32,000 nucleotides of DNA from assembly GCA_020722285.1 (NCBI GenBank), contig DYLC01000001.1, forward strand, positions 21,984-53,983. Direction: 5' to 3'. A program made the position numbers and the translations under genes. The stretch comes from Desulfobulbus propionicus (GTDB lineage: Bacteria; Desulfobacterota; Dissulfuribacteria; Dissulfuribacterales; DYLC01). Of the stretch, positions 16,542 to 31,290 are shown in pieces. Each line of letters opens with the position of its first letter. Position 1 is the stretch's first letter. The notes beneath the pieces were generated by a model that was not told the DNA's origin, did not search any database, and was given only the letters and a program-made list of their open reading frames with translations.

Positions 16542-16741
16542 TAACTATCCAGTATAATGCCGAAAACGAACGAAGACCACCGTACTGTAGCTATTCAGCA
16601 GTGCCCCAGATGCAAAAAAGAGGCCTGCGAAGTGTACTTGCCTGCACATAAGCAGGCCGATGACGCAGCAGGTGGGGTGCTGATGAATAGTGACAAGCAT
16701 TATTAAACTTTTCCGACCTGTAGCTTCAGGTAATAAACACC

Positions 16742-17116
16742 ATGAAAAAAACACCTACTGTTCTTTTGATTGACCACACTCCAGACGCCCAAAACATCCT
16801 GCAACTATTATCAGATCAACTAAAATTCCAACTGATTCACATAGACGATGGGGAGGAAGGGCTGGATTTTGCCACCAAAAACCAATGCGATCTTATACTG
16901 ATACGAAAGGATACTCCTTCTCTGGACGCTCAATCATTCAGTGTGCTTCTGCGTCAAATTCCATTGAAACAGATGACCCCAATCATAGTTTTGTGCAAAA
17001 AAAACGCAGAGCAGAATCTCGACAAGTTTAAAGATGCCGGATGCAACGACTGCATGACCGACCCTTCAGATATAATTGAAGCATCCGCTATCTTGAAAAA
17101 ATGGTTATATTTTTAG
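16742..17116 (+). CDS. Stand-alone CheY-like receiver domain with degenerate phospho-acceptor pocket (pseudo-receiver)
   Basis: 124 aa with the receiver fold pattern VLLIDHTPD...[14 protein letters not shown]...PIIVLCKK...DCMTDP. Aligned to CheY, D13 is H, D57 is R, T87 is C and K109 is D. Confidence 0.75.
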   Translation: MKKTPTVLLIDHTPDAQNILQLLSDQLKFQLIHIDDGEEGLDFATKNQCDLILIRKDTPSLDAQSFSVLLRQIPLKQMTPIIVLCKKNAEQNLDKFKDAGCNDCMTDPSDIIEASAILKKWLYF

Positions 17117-17156
17117 TTTAAATCAAAAGTTATCGCCACAAAAGGAGCTTATTCCA

Positions 17157-18125
17157 ATGTTTCCAGAAGAACGACCCAGAAGACTAAGGCAAAACAGTTC
17201 GTTAAGGTCTCTTGTCAGAGAAACGGAGCTGCAGATATCTCATCTGATATATCCTTACTTTGTCATGCCAGGTTCTGGCATTAAAACCGAGATTGAGGCA
17301 ATGCCAGGTTGTTACCGTTTTTCAATAGATACGCTCGTCGAAGATGCAAGGGAAACTTTTGACATGGGCATCCCGGCAGTAATACTCTTTGGCCTTCCAG
17401 AAAAAAAGGATGAACGCGGCTCTGAAGCATGGTCACCCAAGGGAGTAGTACAGAAAACCATTGCTGAGCTGAAAAGGACAGTCCCTGAACTTTTAGTCAT
17501 CACAGATGTCTGCATGTGTGAGTACACATCACATGGCCACTGCGGACTGCTTAAAAAAAACAAGATAGACAATGACTCCACAGTGGAAATGCTTGCTAAA
17601 ATTGCCCTGTCCCATGCCAGGGCTGGGGCAGATCTTGTAGCGCCATCAGACATGATGGATGGACGAATTGGGGCAATACGCGAGGAGCTTGACGAAAATT
17701 CTTTTGAACACATTGCAATCATGTCATATGCTGTAAAATACTCATCGAGTTTTTATGGACCATTTCGCGAAGCAGCAGACTGTGCGCCAGGTTTTGGCGA
17801 CAGATCCTCATATCAGATGGACCCAGCCAACAAACGTGAGGCCCTGAAAGAGGCGTCTCTTGACATGCAGGAAGGAGCTGACATCCTGATGGTAAAACCT
17901 GCTATGGCATATCTTGACATTATCCATATTTTAAACCAGGAATTTTACCTGCCTATTGCCGCCTATCAGGTCAGCGGGGAGTACTCAATGATAAAAGCTG
18001 CGGCTCAAAAGGGATGGATTGATGAAAAAAGGGTTATGGCAGAATCCCTTATCTCCATAAAAAGAGCAGGAGCAGACATAATCCTGACATATTTTGCAAA
18101 AGAATACGCTCGCCTAAAAGGATAA
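17157..18125 (+). CDS. hemB: Porphobilinogen synthase (delta-aminolevulinate dehydratase), Zn-type
   Basis: [17 protein letters not shown], cysteine-rich zinc site [14 protein letters not shown], and the active-site lysine regions (MSYAVKYSS and ILMVKPA). RBS is AAAGGAG. Confidence 0.95.
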   Translation: MFPEERPRRLRQNSSLRSLVRETELQISHLIYPYFVMPGSGIKTEIEAMPGCYRFSIDTLVEDARETFDMGIPAVILFGLPEKKDERGSEAWSPKGVVQKTIAELKRTVPELLVITDVCMCEYTSHGHCGLLKKNKIDNDSTVEMLAKIALSHARAGADLVAPSDMMDGRIGAIREELDENSFEHIAIMSYAVKYSSSFYGPFREAADCAPGFGDRSSYQMDPANKREALKEASLDMQEGADILMVKPAMAYLDIIHILNQEFYLPIAAYQVSGEYSMIKAAAQKGWIDEKRVMAESLISIKRAGADIILTYFAKEYARLKG

Positions 18126-18129
18126 CTAA

Positions 18130-18615
18130 ATGAAAATAGGAACAGACACCATCGTAAATCTAAGCTATAAATTCAACGTGGAAGCAACAGAGCTGCCCTT
18201 GCAGATGCAACAAGAGTTTAACATGCAATTTCTCTTTGGCAGAGAAAGGGTACTGCCAGCTATAGAACGGACAATTGCAGGTCTTACTGAAAATGATTCT
18301 TTTTCTGTAATAATCCCATGCCAGGAAGCCTTTGGAGAATATGATCCTGATCTTGTAAACGAAATACCTATCACCTCAATCCAGGAGCCTTCGAAACTTA
18401 AAAAAGGCGCTATTTTTGAAGGAACAGGGCCAGGAGGAAGGCCTATAGCCTTTATAGTAAGGGATATCAAGGAAGAATCCATTGTTGCAGACTTCAACCA
18501 TCCCGCAGCAGGAAAAGACATCACTTTGTCAGGAAAAATCAACGAAGTAAAACCTGCATCCTTTCTAGACATCATGGCTGCCATGAAAATGTCAGATAAT
18601 AAAGGCGGTGGCTGA
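18130..18615 (+). CDS. slyD: FKBP-type peptidyl-prolyl cis-trans isomerase (SlyD-like, with insert-in-flap region)
   Basis: 161 aa with VNLSYKF...FLFGRERVLPAIERTIAGL...FGEYDPDLV...IVADFNHPAAGKDITLSGKINEV, the typical SlyD/FkpB pattern. Confidence 0.82.
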   Translation: MKIGTDTIVNLSYKFNVEATELPLQMQQEFNMQFLFGRERVLPAIERTIAGLTENDSFSVIIPCQEAFGEYDPDLVNEIPITSIQEPSKLKKGAIFEGTGPGGRPIAFIVRDIKEESIVADFNHPAAGKDITLSGKINEVKPASFLDIMAAMKMSDNKGGG

Positions 18616-18657
18616 GCCTGTTAATTTCCATGCTGCAGGGACTGCGGCGCAATCAAT

Positions 18658-20085
18658 GTGAAAAAACTACAATCAGACTTGACACCACATATAATCAAAA
18701 AAGTAACCTTGTTTATCCGGAAATACCAGATGATAAGCAGCGGCGACAGAGTCTTGGTAGCAGTATCTGGAGGCATAGACTCTGTATGTCTGCTAAATAT
18801 TTTGCAATCAATCAAGAAAAAACTGAATATACAGTTAGAAGTAGCACACTTGAATCACATGCTACGAGGAGAAGAAGCTGAAAGAGACGCATCTTTTGTA
18901 CAACAGCTCTGTAATAATTATCAGATACCACTTCATCTTCAAAAAACAAATATTAAAGAGAAATCAAAAGGAAGATCACTGCAAGATATAGCACGACAAA
19001 TTCGTTATGATTTTTTGCTTGCAACGAAAAACAACTTCTGTTGCACAAAAATAGCAACAGCGCACACAGGAACTGATCAGGCAGAGGAAATACTCATAAG
19101 ACTCATAAGAGGAACCAGTATGTCTGGATTAAGTGGTATAAAACCAAAGAGAGCAGACTGTATAATTCGACCTTTGCTTATACTTACAAGACAAGAGATT
19201 TTAGCTTACGCACAAAAAAATAATATAGAATTTGTTGAAGATTCGTCAAACAACAGCTTAAAATACCAGAGAAACAAGGTAAGGCAAAAATTGTTGCCAA
19301 TTATGGAAAATTTCAACAAATCTTTTGTAAAAAACACTTCAAATTTAGCTGAAATACTTTATGAAAACGAAGAGTTTATGGAGGATGAAACAAATATTGC
19401 AGAAAAACAATGCAAAATAGGGACAAATGCTATAGATATCGAAAAACTAAGTAAAATTCATCCGTCAATAAGAAAAAGAATTTACAGAAATTTAATTATA
19501 AAATCAACGGGAAGCGGAGGAACAGTTACATCTAATCATCTATCAAAAATAGACGAAATTGCCATGAATACAAATCAGTATTCTGCTTATTGCCTGCCTA
19601 ATAAAACTGTTGTTATGAGAAAGCAAAATTATATCTATTGGCAAACAACAGAACGAGGCAAAATTGAACATAATTTTACCATACCTGACAATTCACCTCT
19701 TATCAGAATAACAGCACAAGGTGTGTGGGATATCCCATGGTCAAAAAAAAAATTGATTATTGAAGAGGTTAGGCTTAATCAATCGCTAAAAAACAATGAC
19801 GATATATCAACAAACAGAATGCTTTATCTTGATGGTGGCAAGATAGATTTTCCAGTTTTTATACGCCAGAGAAGACATGGTGATATGTTTATGCCTTTTG
19901 GATCACAAAAGGAGAGACATCTAAAACATTTTTTAAACTCAAAAAAAATCCCGCTTCATGATAGAAATTCGCTTGCAGTCATGACCAGCGACAACGCTAT
20001 TGTGGCTGTGCTTGGAGTGGAAATATGTGATTCTCTCAAGGTAACAAATGAAACAAAAAAAATTTTGAGAATAAGTTTAAATTAA
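18658..20085 (+). CDS. tilS: tRNA(Ile)-lysidine synthetase
   Basis: PP-loop [42 protein letters not shown], and the C-terminal TilS domain [14 protein letters not shown]...[13 protein letters not shown]. Start is GTG. Confidence 0.9.
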   Translation: MKKLQSDLTPHIIKKVTLFIRKYQMISSGDRVLVAVSGGIDSVCLLNILQSIKKKLNIQLEVAHLNHMLRGEEAERDASFVQQLCNNYQIPLHLQKTNIKEKSKGRSLQDIARQIRYDFLLATKNNFCCTKIATAHTGTDQAEEILIRLIRGTSMSGLSGIKPKRADCIIRPLLILTRQEILAYAQKNNIEFVEDSSNNSLKYQRNKVRQKLLPIMENFNKSFVKNTSNLAEILYENEEFMEDETNIAEKQCKIGTNAIDIEKLSKIHPSIRKRIYRNLIIKSTGSGGTVTSNHLSKIDEIAMNTNQYSAYCLPNKTVVMRKQNYIYWQTTERGKIEHNFTIPDNSPLIRITAQGVWDIPWSKKKLIIEEVRLNQSLKNNDDISTNRMLYLDGGKIDFPVFIRQRRHGDMFMPFGSQKERHLKHFLNSKKIPLHDRNSLAVMTSDNAIVAVLGVEICDSLKVTNETKKILRISLN

Positions 20086-20102
20086 AACAGGAGGCTTCAA
20101 AC

Positions 20103-21923
20103 TTGAACAATATAAATGTATTTCTGAAAAACCTTTCGCTTTGGTTAATAATAGGGCTTGTCGGGATATTTTTATATAATATCTTCAACTCGCCACAAAA
20201 AAATCTGCAAATTAAAGAGATATCCTACTCAGACTTTCTGAGCAATGTTGAAAAAGGAAAAGTCTCAAAGGTACACCTCATGGACAATGTCATCTCTGGC
20301 AGCTTTATTAATCAGGAACAGTTTACGACTGCAATGCCTATCAATGACACAGATGCATTGAAATTATTAAAAGAACATAATGTAGAACTTTCAGTAAAAG
20401 CGCATGAGGAACAACCGCTTTACATGAATATCCTTATTTCCTGGTTTCCAATGCTCTTGCTGATAGCTGTCTGGATTTTTTTTATGCGACAGATGCAGAT
20501 GGGGGGTGGGAACAGACCTATGGCGTTTGGAAGAAGCAAGGCCAAACTTCTATCGCAACAAAACATAAAGGTAACATTTGCAGATATTGCGGGCATTGAA
20601 GAGGCAAAGGAGGAACTCTTCGAGATAGTATCCTTTTTAAAGGACTCTCAAAAATTCACCAGGCTTGGTGGCCGTATCCCCAAAGGAATGCTACTTGTTG
20701 GCCCACCAGGCACAGGAAAAACACTGCTGGCCAAGGCAATCGCAGGAGAAGCTGATGCCCCATTTTTCAGCATCAGTGGTTCTGATTTTGTTGAAATGTT
20801 TGTGGGAGTAGGAGCTTCACGGGTCAGGGACCTTTTTACACAGGCCAAAAAAAACGCCCCTTGCATCATATTTATTGATGAAATAGATGCAGTTGGAAGA
20901 CATAGAGGTGCCGGGCTTGGAGGTGGCCACGATGAAAGGGAACAAACTCTTAACCAGCTCCTTGTGGAAATGGATGGATTTGAATCTGCAGAAGCTGTCA
21001 TTGTAATAGCAGCAACAAACAGACCTGATGTGCTTGATCCAGCACTTTTAAGGCCAGGAAGATTTGATCGCCAGATTCTGGTTTCACCCCCTGACGTAAA
21101 GGGAAGGGAAGAGATACTGAAGGTTCATGCAAAAAAAATTAAATTTGCTGAGGAAATAGACCTTTCAGTTATTGCCAAAAGCACACCTGGATTTTCCGGT
21201 GCGGATTTGGAAAATCTTGTCAATGAGGCAGCTCTTCTGGCCGCCCGTCAGGAAAAAGAATCTGTAAGCTTGGATGATTTTGAAAAGGCAAAAGACAAGG
21301 TTCTTATGGGCGCTGAAAGAAAAAGTCTTGTGCTTTCTGAAAAAGAAAAACGAATCACAGCGTATCATGAAGCAGGCCATGCGCTTGTTGCAAAACTTTT
21401 GCCTGGCGCTGATCCTGTTCACAAAGTTACAATCATACCACGCGGAAGCGCCCTTGGCCTGACACAACAGCTTCCCCAGGATGACCGGCACACCTATCCC
21501 AAAAACTACCTGCTTAACAATCTCGCCATACTGATGGGAGGAAGGGTAGCAGAAGAAATAGTAATGAATGAACAGACAACTGGGGCAGGAAATGACATTG
21601 AAAGGGCATCTTCTGTCGCCAGAAAAATGGTATGCGAATGGGGCATGAGTGATGCAATTGGACCTGTTGCATTTGGGAAAAAGGAGGATCATATATTTTT
21701 GGGCAAAGACTTCGGCCAGGTAAAGGACTACAGCGAAGAAACTGCCAGAAAAATAGATGAAGAGATCAGAAAAATTGTCACAGATGCGCACCAAAAAGCA
21801 TATGACTTGATCTCTAACTCAATAGATTGCCTACATCAACTTTCAAAAGAACTTCTGGAAAAAGAATCTCTTGATGCCAAAATGATAGACGACATAGTAA
21901 TCAAATACGCTAAAACAAACTAA
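20103..21923 (+). CDS. ftsH: ATP-dependent zinc metalloprotease FtsH
   Basis: Two N-terminal TM segments, Walker [14 protein letters not shown], Walker [33 protein letters not shown], and the zinc site HEAGHAL. Start is TTG, 8 nt after GGAGG. Confidence 0.97.
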   Translation: MNNINVFLKNLSLWLIIGLVGIFLYNIFNSPQKNLQIKEISYSDFLSNVEKGKVSKVHLMDNVISGSFINQEQFTTAMPINDTDALKLLKEHNVELSVKAHEEQPLYMNILISWFPMLLLIAVWIFFMRQMQMGGGNRPMAFGRSKAKLLSQQNIKVTFADIAGIEEAKEELFEIVSFLKDSQKFTRLGGRIPKGMLLVGPPGTGKTLLAKAIAGEADAPFFSISGSDFVEMFVGVGASRVRDLFTQAKKNAPCIIFIDEIDAVGRHRGAGLGGGHDEREQTLNQLLVEMDGFESAEAVIVIAATNRPDVLDPALLRPGRFDRQILVSPPDVKGREEILKVHAKKIKFAEEIDLSVIAKSTPGFSGADLENLVNEAALLAARQEKESVSLDDFEKAKDKVLMGAERKSLVLSEKEKRITAYHEAGHALVAKLLPGADPVHKVTIIPRGSALGLTQQLPQDDRHTYPKNYLLNNLAILMGGRVAEEIVMNEQTTGAGNDIERASSVARKMVCEWGMSDAIGPVAFGKKEDHIFLGKDFGQVKDYSEETARKIDEEIRKIVTDAHQKAYDLISNSIDCLHQLSKELLEKESLDAKMIDDIVIKYAKTN

Positions 21924-21938
21924 TCTGAAACTGATAAT

Positions 21939-22772
21939 ATGACCGGTTTTTCACACTCCCCTCGTATAATGGCTATAATAAACGCTACCCCAGATTCTTT
22001 TTCTGATGGAGGAAAGCATAAAAACCTCAACGATGCTGTAAACTGGGCTTTACAGCTTGCAGAAGAAGGGGCGGATATTCTTGACATTGGTGGGGAGTCC
22101 TCCCGGCCATTTTCTGAACCTGTTCGTGTTGATGAAGAACTAAGCAGGGTTATCCCTTTGATAAAATCTATAAGACAAAAAACAAACCTGCCTATCTCTA
22201 TTGACACGACAAAGGCTGAAGTGGCAAAAGAGGCAATATTTGCAGGGGCAAATATGATCAATGACATTTCAGCTCTGCGTTTTGACCCTATCATGGCTGA
22301 AACAGTCGCACAACACCAATTGCCTGTGGTGATAATGCACATGCTTGGAACCCCTAAGACGATGCAGAAATCGCCATACTATGAGGATGTCATCTTGGAT
22401 ATTCTTAATTTTTTTGACGAAAGAGTCTCATTTGCTCTTTCACAAGGGATAGACAAACATAATATCTTGCTTGACCCTGGGATTGGATTTGGAAAAACTA
22501 CTGAGCATAACCTGAAAATCCTGAACCATCTCGACCAATTCAAAAAAACAGGGTTTCCACTACTAATAGGACTTTCCAGAAAGGCTTTTCTTGGAACAAT
22601 TACAGGTGAGAAAGAACCCTCCAACAGAGATATTGAAACTCTCTGCGCAAATATCTGGGCAATAATGAAAGGTGCCGACATCCTCAGGGTTCACAATGTA
22701 AGGCAATGCAAAAAAGCCATTCAGATTATTGACGCTATTAAAAAAGAAATGGTGACTGATGGAAGCGCTTAA
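21939..22772 (+). CDS. folP: Dihydropteroate synthase
   Basis: IMAIINATPDSFSDGG, GADILDIGGESSRP, ISIDT, INDISA, DPGIGFGK and LLIGLSRK. Confidence 0.95.
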   Translation: MTGFSHSPRIMAIINATPDSFSDGGKHKNLNDAVNWALQLAEEGADILDIGGESSRPFSEPVRVDEELSRVIPLIKSIRQKTNLPISIDTTKAEVAKEAIFAGANMINDISALRFDPIMAETVAQHQLPVVIMHMLGTPKTMQKSPYYEDVILDILNFFDERVSFALSQGIDKHNILLDPGIGFGKTTEHNLKILNHLDQFKKTGFPLLIGLSRKAFLGTITGEKEPSNRDIETLCANIWAIMKGADILRVHNVRQCKKAIQIIDAIKKEMVTDGSA

Positions 22773-23553
22773 TAGATATCTAAGCACACTACGGTGGCAG
22801 GATATACTTGATATAATAGTTGTAAGCTATATTATTTACAGAATAATCCTTCTAGTAAAGGGTACAAGGGCTGTGCAGATGGCATCAGGGCTTGCAGTGC
22901 TTGTACTGATATATTTTGTAGCAAGAGAACTGGAACTACTGACGCTTCACTGGCTTCTTGGAACTATCCTGAGTTCGTTATTTATATTGATTATTATAAT
23001 ATTTCAAGACGATATCAGGCGAGTTTTAATGCAAATGGGGCAAACTCCATTTACAAAGACAAAAGCAAAAACATTTCAGGCAATAGAAGAAATAGCAAAA
23101 GCAGCAGCAATCTTTTCCGAAGATAAAATTGGAGCATTGGTAATCATAGAAAGAGAGGTGGGCCTTGGCGACTATGTAGCAACAGGGATAAAACTTGATG
23201 CTGAAGTAACGAGATATCTCCTTGCAACAATTTTTTATAAAGGCACATCTCTCCACGATGGCGCTGTAATAATACAAAACGGGAAAATAAGCTCTGCTGC
23301 AAGCATGCTTCCACTTACTACCAATCCAGATGTAAGTCGAAGATTGGGAACAAGACACAGGGCAGCTATAGGAATAACAGAACAAACAGATGCTGTAGCA
23401 ATTATAGTTTCAGAAGAAACAGGCAATATATCTGTAGCTATAGGTGGAAAAATTACAAGAGAGATAGACATTAATACACTTAGACGTATTCTCTATAACG
23501 CTTTTTCCTATAATGAAAAAGATAAAAACTGGTGGAAGCGGAGATTTAGTTAG
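22759..23553 (+). CDS. cdaA: Diadenylate cyclase CdaA (c-di-AMP synthase), membrane-anchored
   Basis: Three N-terminal TM helices followed by the DAC domain: GALVIIERE, LHDGAVII, GTRHRAAIGITEQTDAVAIIVSEETG. The gene overlaps folP by 14 nt. Confidence 0.92.
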   Translation: MEALNRYLSTLRWQDILDIIVVSYIIYRIILLVKGTRAVQMASGLAVLVLIYFVARELELLTLHWLLGTILSSLFILIIIIFQDDIRRVLMQMGQTPFTKTKAKTFQAIEEIAKAAAIFSEDKIGALVIIEREVGLGDYVATGIKLDAEVTRYLLATIFYKGTSLHDGAVIIQNGKISSAASMLPLTTNPDVSRRLGTRHRAAIGITEQTDAVAIIVSEETGNISVAIGGKITREIDINTLRRILYNAFSYNEKDKNWWKRRFS

Positions 23554-23555
23554 AG

Positions 23556-24470
23556 ATGGCTTCTAAATTATTCAAAAGTGATCTAATATTAAAAATACTC
23601 TCATTATTATTTGCTGTAATACTATGGTTCTTTGTGGTGGCAGAGCAAAAGGCAGAAATTTCCACATCTATTCCTATAGAACTAATCAATCTCCCTAAAG
23701 ACATTATTGTTTCAAGTGATCTGCCATCACAGATAGACATAAGAATATACGGACCTAGAAGCAGATTACGAGAACTGTCGGCACAAAATCTATCATATAT
23801 TTTAGATATGAAAACTGCTTTTCCTGGAGAAAGCACATATCATATAACACCTGATGTATTAACAATACCTGCAGGTCTTAAAATTACAAGGATACATCCA
23901 AGTGAACTTAAACTCAATATCCAACGTCTTATTACAAAAAGCGTAACAATAAAACCAAAACTTATAGGTGAAATAGAAAAAGATTTTAAAATAGATTCAA
24001 TAACAGTAGATCCTAAAACAATTAAAATTTCAGGACCAGAGGATCTAATACACAACATTAAGGAATTACACACAACACCTGTAACAATAAACAATATATC
24101 AGAAGAGTTCACACAAAAGGTCGGTATTGACTTTCCTCAATCAATCATATCAGAAAATAATTTTTTAACTGCAACCATAAAACTAAAAGTCAGCCCCATT
24201 ATTGAAACAAGAACAAAATCAATCCCGATAGTTCTTGATAACAAAAACATATCTTACTGGCCAAAAAATATTAACTGTGAAATCGAAGGACCTATAAAAG
24301 TATTAAATGAAATCGACACAAAAAACGTTTTAGTTTCAATAGAAACAAAAAATCTATCAAAAGGCTTGCATAAAATTACACCTAAACTTGAAATTAATCT
24401 AACCAATTGCGTAATAAAAAAATGCAATCCAGATAAAATAAACATACAGGTCAGGAAAAATTTACCTTGA
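23556..24470 (+). CDS. cdaR: YbbR-domain protein CdaR (CdaA regulator)
   Basis: N-terminal TM segment ([18 protein letters not shown]) followed by repeated YbbR-like beta modules ([10 protein letters not shown]..., [15 protein letters not shown]...). The position between cdaA and glmM is the canonical one. Confidence 0.85.
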   Translation: MASKLFKSDLILKILSLLFAVILWFFVVAEQKAEISTSIPIELINLPKDIIVSSDLPSQIDIRIYGPRSRLRELSAQNLSYILDMKTAFPGESTYHITPDVLTIPAGLKITRIHPSELKLNIQRLITKSVTIKPKLIGEIEKDFKIDSITVDPKTIKISGPEDLIHNIKELHTTPVTINNISEEFTQKVGIDFPQSIISENNFLTATIKLKVSPIIETRTKSIPIVLDNKNISYWPKNINCEIEGPIKVLNEIDTKNVLVSIETKNLSKGLHKITPKLEINLTNCVIKKCNPDKINIQVRKNLP

Positions 24471-25819
24471 AAAAACTATTCGGAACAGATGGCATTAGAG
24501 GACTTGCCAATAAATATCCAATGACAGCCGAAGTTGCCACACAGATTGGCTTGGCTGTTTCATATTTATTCAGAAACACCACCCAAAAACACAAAAAGAT
24601 ACTAATAGGGAAAGATACCAGACTTTCATGCTATATATTTGAAAACGCGCTGGCTGCCGGTATATGCTCAATGGGTGTTGATACCTTATTTGTAGGGCCA
24701 ATGCCGACACCTGCGATTGCATTCCTAACTTCAAGCATGAGGGCTGATGCAGGAATAGTTATATCCGCATCCCACAATCCATTTTACGATAACGGAATTA
24801 AGATATTTTCAGGCAATGGCTTCAAGCTTGACGATGAAATTGAATACAAAATAGAACAACTTCTTGATACTGATATACTACTTAACAACAGACCAAGAGA
24901 AAAAGAAATTGGAAAGGCATACAGAATAGAAGATGCAAACGGCAGATACATAGTTTTTCTAAAAAATACCTTTCCAAAAACACTTACACTGGAAGGTATA
25001 AAAATAGTGCTTGATTGTGCAAACGGAGCGGCCTATAAAGTAGCTCCATCAGTGTTTGAAGAACTCGGCGCTGATGTCATTAAGATCGGAATAACACCTG
25101 ATGGAACGAATATAAATAGCAATTGCGGCGCGCTTTATCCTGAATTGATAAAATCAGAAGTAATAAAAAACAGAGCTGATATTGGAATAGCTTTCGATGG
25201 CGATGCTGACAGATTAATCGTAGTTGATGAAAAGGGTAATATTATAGATGGCGATCATATTTTAGCAATTTGTGCTAATAACTTAAAAATTAAAAACAAA
25301 TTAAATAAAAACACTGTAGTTTCTACTGTTATGAGCAACATAGGACTTGAAATTTTTCTTAAGGAAAATGGTATAAAATTATTACGAACAAAGGTTGGAG
25401 ATAGGTATGTTGTTGAATCAATGAAAAACAATGACTACAACCTTGGAGGTGAGCAATCAGGACATATTATATTTTTAGACCATAACACAACAGGAGATGG
25501 AATACTAGCAGCGCTGCAATTACTCGGCATAATGATATCTAATGAAAAACCTATTTCTGAGCTTGCAGCTTCAATGAAATCATTACCTCAAATACTTCAC
25601 AACATTAAAACATCAAAAAAAACAGATCTATCTACCATAGAAGGACTTCCAAAAATAGAAAAAAAAGTGCTTAAGGAACTCGGTAAAAACTCAAGAATTT
25701 TAATAAGAAATTCAGGAACAGAGCCCTTAATAAGAATAATGGTCGAAGGTGAAAATGAGGATAAAATTAAACATGCTGTGAATATATTAACTGAATATAT
25801 TAAATCAAATTGTCTATAG
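24467..25819 (+). CDS. glmM: Phosphoglucosamine mutase
   Basis: [10 protein letters not shown], active-site serine loop [15 protein letters not shown], metal loop AFDGDADR, and GGEQSGH. The TTG start overlaps the cdaR stop (TTGA). Confidence 0.95.
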   Translation: MKKLFGTDGIRGLANKYPMTAEVATQIGLAVSYLFRNTTQKHKKILIGKDTRLSCYIFENALAAGICSMGVDTLFVGPMPTPAIAFLTSSMRADAGIVISASHNPFYDNGIKIFSGNGFKLDDEIEYKIEQLLDTDILLNNRPREKEIGKAYRIEDANGRYIVFLKNTFPKTLTLEGIKIVLDCANGAAYKVAPSVFEELGADVIKIGITPDGTNINSNCGALYPELIKSEVIKNRADIGIAFDGDADRLIVVDEKGNIIDGDHILAICANNLKIKNKLNKNTVVSTVMSNIGLEIFLKENGIKLLRTKVGDRYVVESMKNNDYNLGGEQSGHIIFLDHNTTGDGILAALQLLGIMISNEKPISELAASMKSLPQILHNIKTSKKTDLSTIEGLPKIEKKVLKELGKNSRILIRNSGTEPLIRIMVEGENEDKIKHAVNILTEYIKSNCL

Positions 25820-26434
25820 GTTTAACTCCAATATATCTATAACTTCATAATGATGTTCTATATAATAATCCGCATCTAATTTTTTATTTTTATATGCTAC
25901 AAAATCTATATCTGCTGATTTAGCTGTATGTTCGTCTATATATGAATCACCTATAAACAATACCTCATTATTAACCAAATTAAACGAATTCATTAAAAGA
26001 AAAAGACCTTCTGAATCAGGTTTAGGTTTGACATCCAATGCACATAAAATCATATCGAAATAATTCGTAAACCCCATGAGCTTCATAAGTTCAATAGTGG
26101 TCGTAGTTCTGTTTGTAAAAACAGCAGTTTTTACAGGCGGCCTTATTTTAGATATAACTTCTTTAATCCCTGGCTCTGGTATGTGATAAGGTAAATAAGA
26201 AAAATAATCCATGGATGATAACATATCCTTTGCTTCGCCAAGTTTTTCCTGATAATTACTAAAAAGAAACTCTACTGACTGTATTGCGGTATGGCAATGT
26301 ACAAAGTCAAGTTCTTCTTCAGACATTAACTGTCTACCAATTTTAGATAATAAATCATTATAAAACAATCTATTAGACTCTTTTGAATCAACCAGCACCC
26401 CATCGCAATCATAAACAATCAATGAATATTTCAT
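25814..26434 (-). CDS. HAD-superfamily hydrolase (subfamily IA, phosphatase-like)
   Basis: Motif I is [12 protein letters not shown], motif II is AVFTNR, and motif IV is [13 protein letters not shown]. The start overlaps the upstream gene by 4 nt (ATGA). Confidence 0.85.
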   Translation of the reverse strand: MKYSLIVYDCDGVLVDSKESNRLFYNDLLSKIGRQLMSEEELDFVHCHTAIQSVEFLFSNYQEKLGEAKDMLSSMDYFSYLPYHIPEPGIKEVISKIRPPVKTAVFTNRTTTTIELMKLMGFTNYFDMILCALDVKPKPDSEGLFLLMNSFNLVNNEVLFIGDSYIDEHTAKSADIDFVAYKNKKLDADYYIEHHYEVIDILELNL

Positions 26435-27549
26435 AACTTATGTTTAATGTTTTTCAATTTAAATCCCTTTAAAGTCTTAACATTCATGTTTTTGGATTGT
26501 ATGAGAACCTTATGGGTTTCTCCCATCCCCTGTGGAAAAATCAATGCTTTTATCCCTGCAAGCTCAGGCGAAAAAGGGGTTATTTCTGGATAAAGCGTTT
26601 TCAGTATTATTTCGAAATCAAGCGCTGCCAAAAAAGCCCATTGATTTGTATAACCAACAGTATTAAGACCAACCTCACTGCCCCATGTTGAAAGATCAGA
26701 AAAATTTACATGAGATGTAATATCTTGTTCACCAGGGTTTTGCAAAATATCATCTGTTACAACATGCGATTTATAAGACAACAATGTTCCTCTATTTCTG
26801 ACCGGGCTGAAGTACTCTGACCTTACATAACCATAATCAATAGTTAAAACAAAACCCTTCTTTATTTTTTTAGATAACATATCTAAAAAAATTTTTATCT
26901 CAAGATTAACTTCTGTCTGATAATCATCAGATTTTATCTCAAATTGAGAGAGATAATTTAATATCTCTTTATTTGTTATAGCTGTATTTTTAAAACAAAA
27001 CCTACTATTATTATATGTAACAGCCAATTCATAATAAAAATCCCTTACTTTTTTTACTAAAAAAACAGGAAATGAATCCAAAAGTTCATTTGATATAAAA
27101 CAGCCGTTAACCTCTGGCATATCCTCAATTTTATCAAACCAAACAACCTTGCCAGATATATTTCCTAAAATCTTCTTTTGATATTCAATATATTTTTTAT
27201 TAGGTTCAATAATTACATATAAAATTTTATCATAAAAATCATATTTACTCAAGGCATGCAAAATATCATAAGCAAGGTAACCAGCCCCTGCCCCCATTTC
27301 AACAATTGTCATTTCAGGAACCTGCAACAGACTCCAAAATTCTTCTATTTGATTTGCAAGCAATGCACCAAAAAGTCTGTTCGAGTGCGGTGACGTGACA
27401 AAATCGCCATTAACTCCTATTGGAGGTATGCTTCCTCGATAATAGCCATATTTATCGTGATACAAACAGATGTCCATGAAATCACGAAATGAGATATGAC
27501 CATTTTTTAAGATTTGTTCCTTGATTAAATCTGCAAGTATGGATGACAT
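26431..27549 (-). CDS. Class I SAM-dependent methyltransferase, MidA/NDUFAF7-like (DUF185, COG1565)
   Basis: 372 aa with ISFRDFMDICLYHDKYGYY, GDFVTSPHSNRLFG, and the SAM-binding loop IVEMGAGAGYLAYDIL. Confidence 0.8.
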   Translation of the reverse strand: MSSILADLIKEQILKNGHISFRDFMDICLYHDKYGYYRGSIPPIGVNGDFVTSPHSNRLFGALLANQIEEFWSLLQVPEMTIVEMGAGAGYLAYDILHALSKYDFYDKILYVIIEPNKKYIEYQKKILGNISGKVVWFDKIEDMPEVNGCFISNELLDSFPVFLVKKVRDFYYELAVTYNNSRFCFKNTAITNKEILNYLSQFEIKSDDYQTEVNLEIKIFLDMLSKKIKKGFVLTIDYGYVRSEYFSPVRNRGTLLSYKSHVVTDDILQNPGEQDITSHVNFSDLSTWGSEVGLNTVGYTNQWAFLAALDFEIILKTLYPEITPFSPELAGIKALIFPQGMGETHKVLIQSKNMNVKTLKGFKLKNIKHKL

Positions 27550-27758
27550 AATAGATTTGTGTTATAGTTTATTATTTGTTGATAATCAATATGCAGCTTG
27601 TTAAAAAAACAAATGGCGTTTTTTATTTTTTAAGATAAAAACAATATTACCTAAATTTTACTAACATATATTTTTCTGAAAATTCAATAAGTTATACTTA
27701 TAATAACAAGATAAACAATATTATTAATTATAGTTTTTATATATAAGGAGATAAAATT

Positions 27759-31290
<3,532 letters not shown>

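Noticed and set aside
16545-16754. 69-aa minus-strand ORF ([13 protein letters not shown]...)
   Set aside because: It has no RBS and no motifs, its start overlaps the start of the receiver gene on the other strand, and its composition looks non-coding.
27550-27758. oriC call for the AT-rich spacer upstream of dnaN
   Set aside because: There is no match better than 2 mismatches to the DnaA-box consensus TTATCCACA/TGTGGATAA on either strand, and no dnaA gene is nearby. I kept it as a low-interest question, not as a feature.
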